A DNA stretch of 64,000 bases, taken from NCBI RefSeq assembly GCF_009914755.1, contig NC_060926.1; one strand, given 5' to 3'. The stretch's first letter is position 1, and each line of letters starts with the position of its first letter. Below, one piece after another: positions 43,375 to 58,687 of this stretch. The notes below the pieces were generated by a model. It searched no databases. It was not told the origin of the DNA and saw only the letters and a program-made list of their open reading frames with translations. A program made the position numbers and the translations under genes. The DNA comes from the human T2T-CHM13v2.0 reference genome, Homo sapiens.

Positions 43375-46330
43375 TATGAAATTACTGAGTCATATGTCAA
43401 CTTCATATTGAACATTTTGAAGAACCAAACTGTTTTCCAAAACAGCTTTCCAATTTTACATTTCCATTAATAATGTGTGAGAATTCCAATTTCTCTACAT
43501 CCTCAGGAATATTTGCTATCTTTTTGATAATAGCCAATCTAGTTGGTGTGAAGTAGTATCTCACCGTGGTGTCGATTAGCATTTTGCCATGGCTACTGAC
43601 TTTATCTGCCATTTATATATCTTCTTTGGAAAATACCTGTTTTGATCCTTTGCCCATTTGTGATTGGGTTATCTGTCCTTTTACCAAAGGGTTATAAAAA
43701 TATAAAAGTATACCAATGAGTTTTATACTAATGGGTTATAAAAATATATAAATATACCAATGGCATTCTGCCCCTCTCTGCCTTCTGATCGGTGAATTTA
43801 ATCCATTTATATTTAAAGTAATTACTGATAAGGAACAATTTACTTCTGCTGTTTTTCTTTTTGTTTTTGTATGTCTTTTACCTTTTCTGTTTTGTTTCTC
43901 ATTTCTTCCATTACTGCTTTTGTTTGTGTTTAATTAATTTTGCTTTTAGTGTACTACTTTGACTCCCATGTAATTTTCTCCTGTATATGTATTTTAAGAT
44001 TTTTTTTTGGTTGTTAACAAGGGAATGATGAGTGATAACTTAAACTTCTAACAATCTAATTTAATTTGTTCTCAACCTAGATTTCATAGCTTGTGAAAAC
44101 TCTAGTCCTACACAGATCAGTTCATGTCTCCCTTATTTTACTGTTGCAACAATTACATCTTTGTACATTGTGCTCTCATTAACATAGACTTTTTGTTGAG
44201 CATTTGTCTTTTAAATCATACAAGAAATAGAAAAAGAAGTTTTAAACCAAAAATACAGTACTCCTGGCTTTTATGTTACATATATAATTATTTTACTGGA
44301 GATATTTATTATTTACTCACGTGGCTTTGAGTTGCTGTCTAGGATCCTTTTGTTTCACCTTGAAGGATACCCTTTAGTATATTTAGTAGTGCAGATTAGC
44401 AATGAACACCTTCAGTGTTTGTTAATCTAGGAATTTCTTAATTTCTTCATTTTTGAAGTTTTCTTCTGCATTTTGAAAATTTTGCCAAATAAAAATAATT
44501 GGTTGGCATTTTTTTGTCTTCCAGCACATTAAAGATCATCTCACTCCCTTTTGGCTACCATGGTTTCTTACAAAAAATTGGCTGTTAATATTATTGAGGA
44601 CTATTTATGACAAGTCATTTGTTTCTTGCCACTTTTCAGATTTTCTTTTTGTCATTTGCTTTTGACAACTGGATTATAATGTGTTTTAATGTAAAACTCT
44701 TTGACTTTATTCTACTGAGAGTTTAATGAGCTTCATGTATGTGTAGATTCATGTTTTTCATCAAATTTGGCAAATTATCTGCCAATATTTTATCCAATAT
44801 TTTTCTTCTTTCTTTCAGTGACTTTCATAATGTGTATAAGATATACTTTATGATGTTGCAGAGTCCCTTTAGGCTTTTTTTCTTCATACTTTTTTTTTTA
44901 CTTTTCCTCATTACTTTTTGCTACTTTTCTTCGTTCTTTTCTTCATACTTTTTTTTTTACTTTCTTCTCTGCAGATTGAATAATTTCAATTGTCCTATGT
45001 TTATGTTCATGAATTCTTTCTTCTGTCTATTAACATCTGTCTGTTAAATCCCTCTAGTGAGTTTTTGATTTTAGTTATTACACTTCTCAGGTCCAGAATT
45101 TTTATTATATTCTATTTTATAATTTCTATCCTTTTGTTGATATTCTCATTTTGGGCACACATTGTTTTCCTGGTCTCCTTTAGTTCTTTATCTATGATTT
45201 CCCATAATTCTTTGAGCACATTTAAGACAGTGGACTTAAAGCTACATCTAGTGAGTCTAATGTCTGGGATACTTAGGGTCTGTTCCCGTCAATTAGTTTT
45301 CCTTTCAATTTTCTGTAGTATTCTTTTTTTGAATGCTTTATATTTTCTTTTGGTGGAAACTAAATTACAATGTGGTAACTCTGGAATGAGATTCTCCTTC
45401 TTCCCCAGAGTTTACGGTTGTGGATTGTTTAAAGTTGTAGTTGTCTTTTGTTTTGTGACTTTTCCATAGAATTTTTTCAAAGAATATATTTATTGCAGTA
45501 TGTGGTTACTGAACCCTCTATTTCTTCATTTAGTGGTCAGCCAGGGACCAGGCAGATATTTCCTTAAAGGCTTGAAGTGAAAAACAGAGAGAGAAAATAT
45601 TCTTCAAGTCTTTGTAGCATAAATCTGAGCTAGAACACTTTATCTTTTATCCCCTGCTTACATGGAGCCTGCAAATCAGCCAGTTACAAGCCTAAAGTCT
45701 TCTCATATTCCTTTGAGCATGAAATGTCTGGTATTCGGATGAATGTTTTAGTCTTCCTCCTGCTATATATAATAGATGTCTAAGCTCTTATTCTCCACCC
45801 ATCTTAAATACTTTCTCCTCTGCCTCCTTATTCCAGGGGCTTTTGGGTCTGTCTCTATCTGGCCTCATCTGACAGCCCTTACCTCAGGTAGGCAGAAGAG
45901 GTATATGCCTTTAAATCTTTGGACAGACTCTGCTATCCAGAAATCCACTTAAGTGTAGGAGGAGGTAAACAAATATTCTGTACTGGTTTCCCAATGATTA
46001 CCCGATGAGACAAAACTCACAACCACAGTATTTTAAGAACAAAGCTCATGGTAGCCTCTTGGAAACAGCAAGCTGTATCAGGAATGTGAGTTGTCATCAA
46101 GACTGCTAAAACACTTCTGGGGATGAGAGATGGTAAGTAGGTGAGCAAAAATGCCTCAAAGCTGTTACTAAAAATGAAGTGCCATTTTCTTATTAAGCAT
46201 TCCTCTTATTACACATTTTAGATTAAATTACAGAGTTTCACAAATTTGATTCTATTTGCCTCTGCCAGTTTATGGTTGCTTTAGTGGAGGGACCAATTCT
46301 TTGAGTTCTCTATTCTGCTATATTCTGTGT
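43375..46330 (-). mobile_element. Old L1M LINE (ORF2 3' piece ~43375-43690 joined to ORF1/5' region ~43770-46330)
   Basis: T-rich antisense L1 motifs; minus-strand ORF 43403-43612 resembles the ORF2 C-terminus (RYYFTPTRLAIIKK). Confidence 0.7.
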
Positions 46331-46910
46331 CTTTATTTATTCACCACATTGATTTTTTTAAATTTTGCATTCTTGGGAAAAGGAGGGATCTGGACAGTTT
46401 CAGAGGTTTCTGTTTGGCTTTCCCCACTATAATAACTACTTCTCAATAGATGAATGGCAAATATAGAATGGCAAATATAGAATTACAAATACTGCAAAGT
46501 ATATCAATTCTAATTAAGCACTCAAGGATTTGAGAAATACCACTGCATGGATCAGTGGATTCTTTGGGTTTAATGGAAGCAAGACTTAAGGCAATCCAGT
46601 GTGATTACTAGAAATCAGGACTCCATTGTTACCTGGCTACCAAAGACTCCTACTCTGTGATAATTTTTTGAATCTTCAGACATCACTGTTAATTCAGAAC
46701 CTATACTGAATAATCTTTGAATAGTCTGGATATTCCCATTTTTTCCTATATATAGTCACCCAAGTAAATAGCTGTAGGCTCCTTTGGGGAAAGATGTGAG
46801 GTAATTAGCACAGTATATACCTGCCATAATGTTCAATGTTCTTATTTCTAGAGACATTTTTAAGTCAATAGAAATTGGTTCATATTTAGAAACTCAGCAA
46901 AGAATTACGA

Positions 46911-47178
<268 letters not shown>

Positions 47179-47578
47179 AAGAATTGTGAGTTCTATTAGA
47201 ATATGGATATCACTCTCCTTATCTTTCATTCTTGATTTTTTTTTATTTTGGTTATAGATGTTCAGCAGTATCTTTGTTGGCCATCTGTTTATTTTTTTCT
47301 CCTAGTTGTCCTGTAATCCATTTATTTAACTCTCTGTGGGTCAAGCCTCCATGGGTACCTCTGCAACCTTCCCAGTCATGATAATAATTGAATTCTCCTG
47401 GCCCTTAGTAGCTAAGCACAATCATTTCCTCTTTATTATTTTAGGGGTACCATCAATATCCCTAAGGATGGTAGCAAGCACAGTGTTGGTATTGCCTCCC
47501 CAGCCATCCTCCCCTGCAGAAGAGAACCATCAACATACTTAGTGATACTGGTGCCTCTCTTATAATATTTCTTATGGC

Positions 47579-48229
47579 GGTAAACCAAAGGAATGTGAAA
47601 CAAGTCTAAATTAATTTAGAAAGTTTATTTTGCCAAGGTTAAGGATGCATCTGTGACTCAGTTTCAGAAGGTCCTGATGACATGTGCCCAAGGTGATCAA
47701 GGTACAGCTTGCTTTTATAAATTTTATGGAGACATGAGACATCAATAAATATATGTAAGATGTACACTGGATTGATCTGGAAAGATGGAAAAACTTGAAG
47801 TGGGGGCTTCTATGTCATAAGTAAATTTAAAGATTTTCTGATTGGCAATGATTAAAAGAGTTATTATCAGATGAGATCAGGTGCATCCAGGGTGATATGG
47901 CCATAGGAAACAGTTTATTATCTAAATAAAGGAATGTCTAGGTTACAGTAAGGGGTTATGATGACCAAGGTTTTATCTTGCAGATGAAGTCTCCAGGTAG
48001 AAGGCTTCAGAGAGAATAGATTGTAAATGCTTCTTGTCAGACTTAAAAGGTCTGTTTTATCAGTAATTCCAAGAGGGAGGAGGTTATAATGAGGTAATGA
48101 GGCATGTTTGCTGCCCCCATTCCCACCATGGCCTGAACTGGTTTTTCAGGTTAACTTTGGAATGCCCTTGTTGAGAGAAGGGGTATATTTGGGTGACTGG
48201 GGGGCTTAGAATTTTATTTATGGTTTACA
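47579..48229 (-). mobile_element. MER4A-type ERV1 solo LTR
   Basis: gtaaacc...ggtttaca termini, 4-bp TSD TGGC (47575 and 48230), 'ttagaaagtttattttgccaaggttaagga' motif. Confidence 0.9.
47866..47908 (-). pseudogene. Tailless 5S rRNA retropseudogene (nt 1-43 of 5S)
   Basis: 34/43 identity to the reverse complement of the 5S rRNA 5' end (GTCTACGGCCATACCACCCTGAACGCGCCCGATCTCGTCTGAT); 5 of 9 mismatches are CpG transitions; flanking direct repeat. Confidence 0.88.
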
Positions 48230-48664
48230 TGGCCTTAATAAGTGTTGCATCCACTTGGTTTTCCCATTGAATATAATCCTTTGATGGGTCTTCTGGCCTT
48301 ACATGATATATAAATTTTGCCATTAACTTCCTATTAATAGTACTCAGTCTCATTATTCTCTGCAGAGTTTCAATACAATGTAGCAGTAACCAGCCAACCC
48401 TACTGTCTTTGTAGGCATTGCTACTCTCATATTTTTCAAATGTTCACACCTGTATACCTGTCATAGAATTTCCTCTAAGAAAACATTTTCCCAGGTTACT
48501 ATTGGTAAAATGTACAGCTATAAAGCCAACACATTGTGTTAGGTGATATCTATGCCCTATATACCAACCAAGATGCCATCCTGTTTGTTGGGCAGTGAGT
48601 GAGTCAGTTCCAAATTCCAGTCTTGTAACCTGTTTACTCAGACTACTCCAGTTGTGGTATCACT

Positions 48665-49110
48665 TGTGTTAGTCCAGTTCTTTCAAGAAGCAGGTATCAA
48701 CATTAGATGAATTATACAAGAATTGTATTAGGGGACATACCTGTGAGAGAAAATGGAGAAGCAGCAAGAAAAGGCTGGGAGATCCAGTATACCAGAATGT
48801 AATTCTGGTCCTGAGTGAAGAAAAGGGGGAATGAAGACTTAGTAGAAGCATCAAATAATGTCATGAAGTTTAAGAATGCTGTAAAAAGACTTTCAGAGAG
48901 AGTTTGAGCCAAAGTCTACCATCAGAGGAGTCTACTCTTTCCAGGATTAGTTTCATGTTATTATTATATCCCTGGTATGCTTAATCATTTGCTGTTAGAA
49001 AGCTGTGGCCTTGGGAAGCACGGCCTTACTGCAGGTGAAGCAATGGATTCTGGAGTTCAACTACTCCATGGTGGTTGGAGGTCTACAGGCACTCTCATGG
49101 CAGACACACA
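48665..49110 (-). mobile_element. LTR16A/B-like ERVL LTR
   Basis: 'tgtgttagtccagttctttcaagaagcag...attaggggacatacctgtgagagaaaatggaga...gagccaaagtctaccatcagaggagtc'. Confidence 0.7.
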
Positions 49111-49329
49111 GTACAAGGTATCAACTCAAGTTTAGCTATTTATTTTAAAAATTGATCAGGTTGGGTTTTATGGATGTATGAAGCTATTCAATTATATATA
49201 CTCTATTAACATATCTAATTAAATTAATAATTAAAGAAACAAGGACAACATTCCTAGCATTATTGCTTAGCATAAAAAATACTGTAAGACTAGAAAAATA
49301 AATGAATGTGTATAATTCCATATATATCC

Positions 49330-49945
49330 ACCTATGTATGGAAAGGAATGACCATTATGCCATTATTCATAGAGGATAAGACTGTCTGAATAGACTATTG
49401 AAATAATAAGAAAATTTAACAGTATTTATTAGACATAATCAAAACTTAAATTTGTTCCTGTAATTAAAACTAGTCAGAAATTGCCATTGAAATGCATAAA
49501 ATTTCAAAGTAATTAAAAATAAAAATAAAATAAATATTAGAAAAAACACTTAAGAAATTTATTTTAAACATTTATAAATTCTTATAAGACTACTTTAAAA
49601 AATGGAGAGGAAAATTATGCTCATGAATGGGAATGTTTAATATTTTTAAGTTCCTCAAGTTAATTTCTAAATTCAGTGTAATTTCAATCAAAATCACAAC
49701 AGAATTTTTTAACAATTTAAGCAAGCTAACTTTAAATTTTATATTAAAAACAGGGTTATGAATCAATAAAACAACTTTTAAAGAAGAATAAACTTGAAAA
49801 TGCAATTGCTCTATTAAAACATAAAATGTATTCATAAGTCTATAGAATGAACAGACTGTAGAATTTGTATAGAGACAGATAAAGTAGATGAATAGTTCAG
49901 AACAGAAAGCCACATATATGGAAATTTAAAATATGACAGAAGATC
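49330..49945 (+). mobile_element. Old L1M ORF2 fragment
   Basis: 'atgctcatgaatgggaatgtttaatattttt...ctaaattcagtgtaatttcaatcaaaatcacaacagaattttt'. Confidence 0.65.
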
Positions 49946-51750
<1,805 letters not shown>

Positions 51751-52079
51751 AATGTATATATATACATAAAGTGTTTGCATATGGGCAGACATTTTATTTT
51801 TGCATTTATATATGTTTTTGCATTTATAAATGTGTTTGCATCTATATAAATATAAATATATACATATATATATAAAGTGTTTGCACATGGGCAGAGTGGG
51901 CAGAGTAGAGTGGGCAGAGAATGGGAAATTGTTCTTTACAAAAGGAAATAAAGAATTTGGGGATAACTGATAAGTTTATTTTCTTGATTTTAATTATGAT
52001 TTTATTAATACATATGTAATAATATGTAAAAACTTGTCCCTTTATACAATTTATGCGCACTTTATTATATTTTATTGAC

Positions 52080-53310
<1,231 letters not shown>

Positions 53311-53319
53311 ATATTTGGA

Positions 53320-54600
53320 CTTTATTTTGGATAATATTTTTACTAAGTAAGGGATTTTGAATTGGCTTTATTTTTAAATTTTGGTACTGTAAAGAAAACC
53401 ATTGTCTTCAGGTTTGCATAGTTTCTCAGGAGAAGTCAGCAGTATTTCTTATATTTCTTCATGTGTATATCACTTCCCTTTCTTTCTGGCTTCTTACAAG
53501 ATGTTCCCTTTATTTCCTGTGCTGTTTTTAGGAATGTGAATATTATATCTAGGAGTGTGTGTTTGTATCTATTTGTACATGCACATGCATGTGTGTGCTT
53601 TCCTAAAAGAAACCCAAGCTTCTTGGCTCTGTGTTTTCATATCTTTTACTATTGTTGGAAATTTCTTAGCTATTCTCTCTCAAACTTTTCTTCTGACATA
53701 TTCTTTCTCTGTTTTCCTTGAGCGGTTCTAATTACATGTACATTAGAATATTTGGTGTTGTATTACAGCTGTAGATGCTTTCTGTTTTTATTTCATTACA
53801 GCTTTTGGAACCTTTGTTTTCTTCTTTTTCTTTTTTGTGATTATATTTAAATAATTTTATTGTCAAATTTTCAATTTTGTTTACCTTTCCTTAGCTGTTT
53901 TATGGGTTGGCCATTTAAGTAAATTTTTCACTGCTATTACCTTTTCCTTTCTATTATTTTAATTTAAATCTTTGTTCTAGTTTTCATCTCTGCTGAAATG
54001 CCCTATTTGTCCTTCATGTTGTATGTCTTTTCTATGAAATCTTTTAACCTATTAATTAGAGTTATTTTAAAATTTAATCCAACCTTTAAAAATCTAGATT
54101 TTATATATATGTCTGTATTTTTCATAACTTTCTTTCTTTATTATGGTTATTTGTTTTTATTTTTTCTTATAATTTTGATTAAATGTTGGTCACAATGTAT
54201 AAAGCAGTAGTGACTAAGAGAAAGAGTAACATGCCTGAAAACAATCAATTTGTCAGGCTCTTAGTATGAGGTATTGGCTGGTTCCTTGGTATGTTTTGCT
54301 AAGAGTATGTTCAAGACACAACAGTCTTCAAGTCTTTTCAGCAGTGAAATTCTATTGCCTAAGCTTAGAGTAGGGGCAGCAGAGTCAAAAGAATTTTCTC
54401 CTTTTTCTTGGCCCATCCTCAGCTTTCAACCTTACATACATGCCTTTGTCAGAGATGTGGTTTCTCTCCTCTTGCTTGCCCCTCCTCTAGTGCTCTGCTG
54501 CTCTTGCTTGTTACTAGATGGTTACTCAGCTGATGGGCAGGAGCAGAGATTTTATATGTTGTCCTGGTTCAGCCTCAGTCTTATGTGTTTATGCCTCAAA
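53320..54600 (-). mobile_element. Old L1M ORF1/5' fragment
   Basis: 'cattgtcttcaggtttgcatagtttctcaggagaagtcagc...ttggaaatttcttagctatt'. Confidence 0.55.
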
Positions 54601-55269
54601 AGTGCGGTTTTATATTTGAAATATACAATATAAAACTAAATATTATATATTGAAACATACATATATTTTGAAGTATATAGCCATATATATTGAGAAGTAT
54701 TAACAGTACATACAAGATTGTGGCTTACATCTGCAGAAAGAAGGAGGAGAATAAATTTCAGCAAGAAACCCAGAAATATCAATAATATGCATAATATGTA
54801 ATTTCCTAAGCAGGTTAGTTGTTAAAAGAGTGCTATTGTATTATTATGTTTTTGTGTCCATTTTTTGTGAATATTATGCACACATAGTTTACATTTAATA
54901 AGATAAAAACTGCTAACTTAGTTTGAAATTTTATTCTGATTAGTTTTATTCCTTCTTTCAGCAATAATAAACATGTATTATGAACAGACACAGTATTCTT
55001 ACCAAGACCACTCAGATTTTTTTCAACTTGACAGTAGAATATAAAAATAACAGTATATTTTAACCATCTGCGAAAGAATTGCATAATTGCTATTTCTCTA
55101 CAAATACTTGTTGTGAGTGAAGTAAATTTTATTCAATTAATTGGCAGTCCTAATCTCCACCAAAAAAAGTTATAAGGGAAGGTATGACTTGTGAAGTATC
55201 ATTTAGAATACAAAACTAGACCAATCTAAGAAGCTATACAATTTGAAAAGACTGGCCTTTAAAGTCAGC

Positions 55270-55630
55270 CCTAGTAAGATTAAAACCTCAGATTATCACT
55301 TACTAGTTGCATAAAAATGGGCAAGTTAATTAATTCTAGACTTCAGTTTCCTCAAATGTAAAGTAAAGATAGAACCAACCTTGAAATAGGGATGAAATAA
55401 CCAGGGCAATTACTCTCCTTAATATTTTACTTTGTATGGAATGAAAATAAGAATTAATTATCAATTAGTTCGGTGATTTTAGTAAACTCACTTCCTTCTT
55501 ATGTGCTTCAGTTTCTTTCTTTCAAACTGAGCATAGCATTTTCCACATATCTCTGTAATAAAAGAAGGATAAAACAAGACAACATACAAAAGCTGCTTGG
55601 AAAAAGTATGCTATTATATAGTTAATATAT
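55270..55630 (+). mobile_element. Two MIR fragments
   Basis: 'cacttactagttg...gggcaagtta...cttcagtttcctcaaatgtaaa' and 'tgcttcagtttctttctttcaaactgag'. Confidence 0.6.
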
Positions 55631-55789
55631 TTCAGTAATCAGGTGTTTGCTTTCTTTTAGAAAACTGAATACCTGGTTAGAGGAGCACTAACTTGAGAGA
55701 AATTAGAGACTTATCATTTTTCAGTGGTGAGATAAACACATAATAACTTGTTTCTCAGTCCAAAGGAAACAGAGCTGTGGAAAAAATTT

Positions 55790-55792
<3 letters not shown>

Positions 55793-55828
<36 letters not shown>
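55793..55828. repeat. (CA)n microsatellite (~18 units)
   Basis: Direct reading. Confidence 0.97.
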
Positions 55829-55831
<3 letters not shown>

Positions 55832-57617
55832 GAGCAAAATAACCTAGAAATTTTGGATTTTGTTGGTAGTGCTGTTGCTTTTTTTTGGCTTTCATTTTGG
55901 ACATCATGATTGTATTTTTTTTGTGAAATAAATTTACGTCTTTTTCAGTTGAATGGCAGAATGACGCATAAACAGGTCTATAATAAATATCAGCCATGGG
56001 TCATACAATCATGTATATGGAACTGTAACGTTCCATAGGAGGAAATGTTAAAATATTCTTCAAATATATATTTTTGAATATCAGGAAAATTTTGATTGTA
56101 TGGACTCAATGATAGATGTAATTTTAGAAGCAACATGAATGTGTATTTCCCAAATTTTAACCAAGGACAGCTTACTACTTAATAAGAATGTGTGATAATT
56201 TCTCTACCTTGAGAAGAGGATCATCATGGTGGATGGGAGGCAGGACTAGATTGCAGCTCTGGACAAAGCAGCTTGCAGAAGCTCGCATTGTGAATGTTAG
56301 CTCCAGATCTAATGCAAGAACAAACCAGCAGTCCCAAGAGGACCCACAGACCCTCTGAAAGAAGAAGACTGTTTCTGCAGGACCTGGGAGCCACCCCAAA
56401 TTGTCTGAGTGCCCCGACTGCAGAAGTGGAAAAGAGAGACCCTCCTCTCCCAAACACACACCTACACTGGAGAAACTGGAGCTGAGCCAATTTAGAGAGC
56501 CAAGCAAAATGCAGGGTTAGAGGAGGCAGCAGAGAGGCCCTGGGAACTCTCTGTGTCCCCTAGCAGGCCATTCCTGCCTGGCACCACAGAGATCTATCAG
56601 GTGGGGGACCAGAGGGAAAGGTGGTAAAACTTCACCAGGAGAAGAAAATCTCTAGCTGAAATTTTTAGCAATTTGAATGGGGTGAATAGCCTCCTGGCCA
56701 GAACTCAGGGGAGGATGCAAATCTGGTGCACAGACTCCACAGGCAGGGAAAGAACCAAGCCCTTTTCTCTCACAGCTGGGAGGTGGGTAGCCTGGGACAA
56801 TTTTTAAAGCCCATCATGCTCTCTACCTAAAAACAGACTCGGGACTGTTGGTGGGGCATGGTGGGAGTGAGATCAGCCCTTTGGTTTGCATGGAGCTGGG
56901 TGAGGCGTGCGACTGCTGGCTTTCCTCCACTTCCCTGACAAACCGCATGACTCAGCAGAGGCAGACATAATCCTCCTAGGTACACAACTCCAGTGACCTG
57001 GGAATCTCACTCCCATCACCAACAGCAGCTGCAGCAAGACCTGCCCAAAGACAGTCTGAGCTCAGGTACACCTAGCCTCACCCCCACCTGATGATTCTTC
57101 CCTATTCATCATGGTAGCAGAAGACAAAGGGCATATAATCTTGGGAGTTCTAGGGCTTACCCACCACTGGTCCCTCTCCATACTACCACAGCTGATGCTT
57201 TCTGGAAAGCACCACCTCCTGGCAGGAGGCCAACCAGCACAAAAATAGAGCATTAAACCACCAAAGCTAAGAACCGTCACAGAGTCCATTGCACCCTCCA
57301 CCACGTCCACCGGAACAGGCGCGGATATCCATGGCTGAGAGATTCAGAGATGGTTCATATCATAGGACCCTGTGCAGACAGCCCCCAGTACCAGCCCAGA
57401 GCTGGGTAGACTCGCTGAGTGGCTAGACCCAGAAGAGAGACAACAATCACTGCAGTTCAGCTTAAGGAAGCCTCATCCATAGAGAAAGGGGGAGAATACT
57501 ACATCAAGGGAACACCCTGTGGGACAAAAGAATCTGAACAACAGCCTTTGGCACTAAACCTTCCCTCTGACAGAGCCTGCCCAAATGAGAAGGAACCAGA
57601 AAACCAACCCTGGTAAT

Positions 57618-58610
57618 ATGACAAAACAAGGCTCTTCAACATCCCCAAAGTATCACACTAGTTCACCAGCAATGGATCCAAACCAAGGATAAATCCCTGA
57701 TTTACTTGTAAAAGAACTCAGGAGTTTAGTTATTAAGCTGATCAGGGAGGGACCAGAGAAAGGCGAAGCCCACTGCAAGGAAATCCAAAAAAATGATACA
57801 AGAAGTGAAGGGAGAAATATTCAAGTAAATAGATAGCTTAAAGAAAAAAAAACAATTAAAAATTCAGGAAACTTTGGACACACTTTTAGAAATGCAAAAT
57901 GCCCTGGAAAGTCTCAGAAATAGAACTGAACAAGTAGAAGAAAGGAATTCAGAGCTCAAAGGTAAGGTCTTTGAATTAACCCAATCCAACAAAGACAAAG
58001 AAAAAAAATAAGAAAATATGAACAAAGTCTCCAAGAAGTCTGGGATTATGTTTAATGACCAAACTTAAGAATAATCAGTGTTGCTCCTGAGGAAGAAGAG
58101 AATTCTAAAAGCTTGGAAAACATTTTCAGGGGAATAATTGAGGAAAACTTCCCTGACCTTGCTAGAGACCTTGACATCCAAATACAAGAAGCACAAAGAA
58201 CACCTGGAAAATTAATTGCAAAAAGATCTTCACCTAGGCATGTTGTCATCAGGTTATCCAAAGTTAAGATGAAAAAAAGAACCTTAAGAGCTGTGAGACA
58301 GAAGCACCAACTCACCTATAAAGAAAACCTATCAGATTAACAGCAGATTTCTCAGCAGAAACCCTGCAGGCTAGAAGGGAATGGGTCCCTATATTCAGCC
58401 TCTTCAAACAAACCAGTTAACAGCCAAGAATTTTGTATCCAGTGAAACTAAGTATCATCAGTGAAGGAAAAATACAGTTGTTCTTAGACAAACAAATGCT
58501 GAGGGAATTCGCCATTACTGAGCCACCGCTACGAGAACTGCTAAAAGGAGCTCTAAATCTTGAAACAAATCCTGGAAACAAATCAAAACAGTACATCTTT
58601 AAAGCATAAA
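57618..58610 (+). pseudogene. L1 ORF1p relic (frameshifts and stops)
   Basis: ORF 58113-58340 'ENFPDLARDLDIQIQEAQRTP...SSPRHVVIRLSK' is ORF1p. Confidence 0.88.
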
Positions 58611-58687
58611 TCACACAGGACCTATAAAACAAAAATATTTGTTAAAGAGCAAAAACAAAAAACCAAAGTACACAGGCAACAAAAAGC

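Larger units (their letters stand above)
47330..48664 (-). mobile_element. ERVL-class internal (PBS/gag-region) relic adjoining LTR16, split by the MER4A LTR
   Basis: PBS-like 'gactactccagttgtggtatcact' abuts the LTR16; 'agcagtaaccagccaaccctactgtctttgtagg' resembles ERVL/MaLR gag relics. Confidence 0.5.

Noticed and set aside
44739-45469. Phe/Leu-rich 102-aa and 159-aa ORFs
   Set aside because: Antisense reading of an A-rich L1 relic
46452-46483. 14-bp perfect tandem duplication (similar ones at 13186-13225 and 25748-25773)
   Set aside because: Ordinary slippage micro-duplications, expected at this frequency
47866-47908. Functional 5S rRNA gene
   Set aside because: Only the first 43 of about 120 nt; the internal promoter and terminator are absent and the CpGs have decayed
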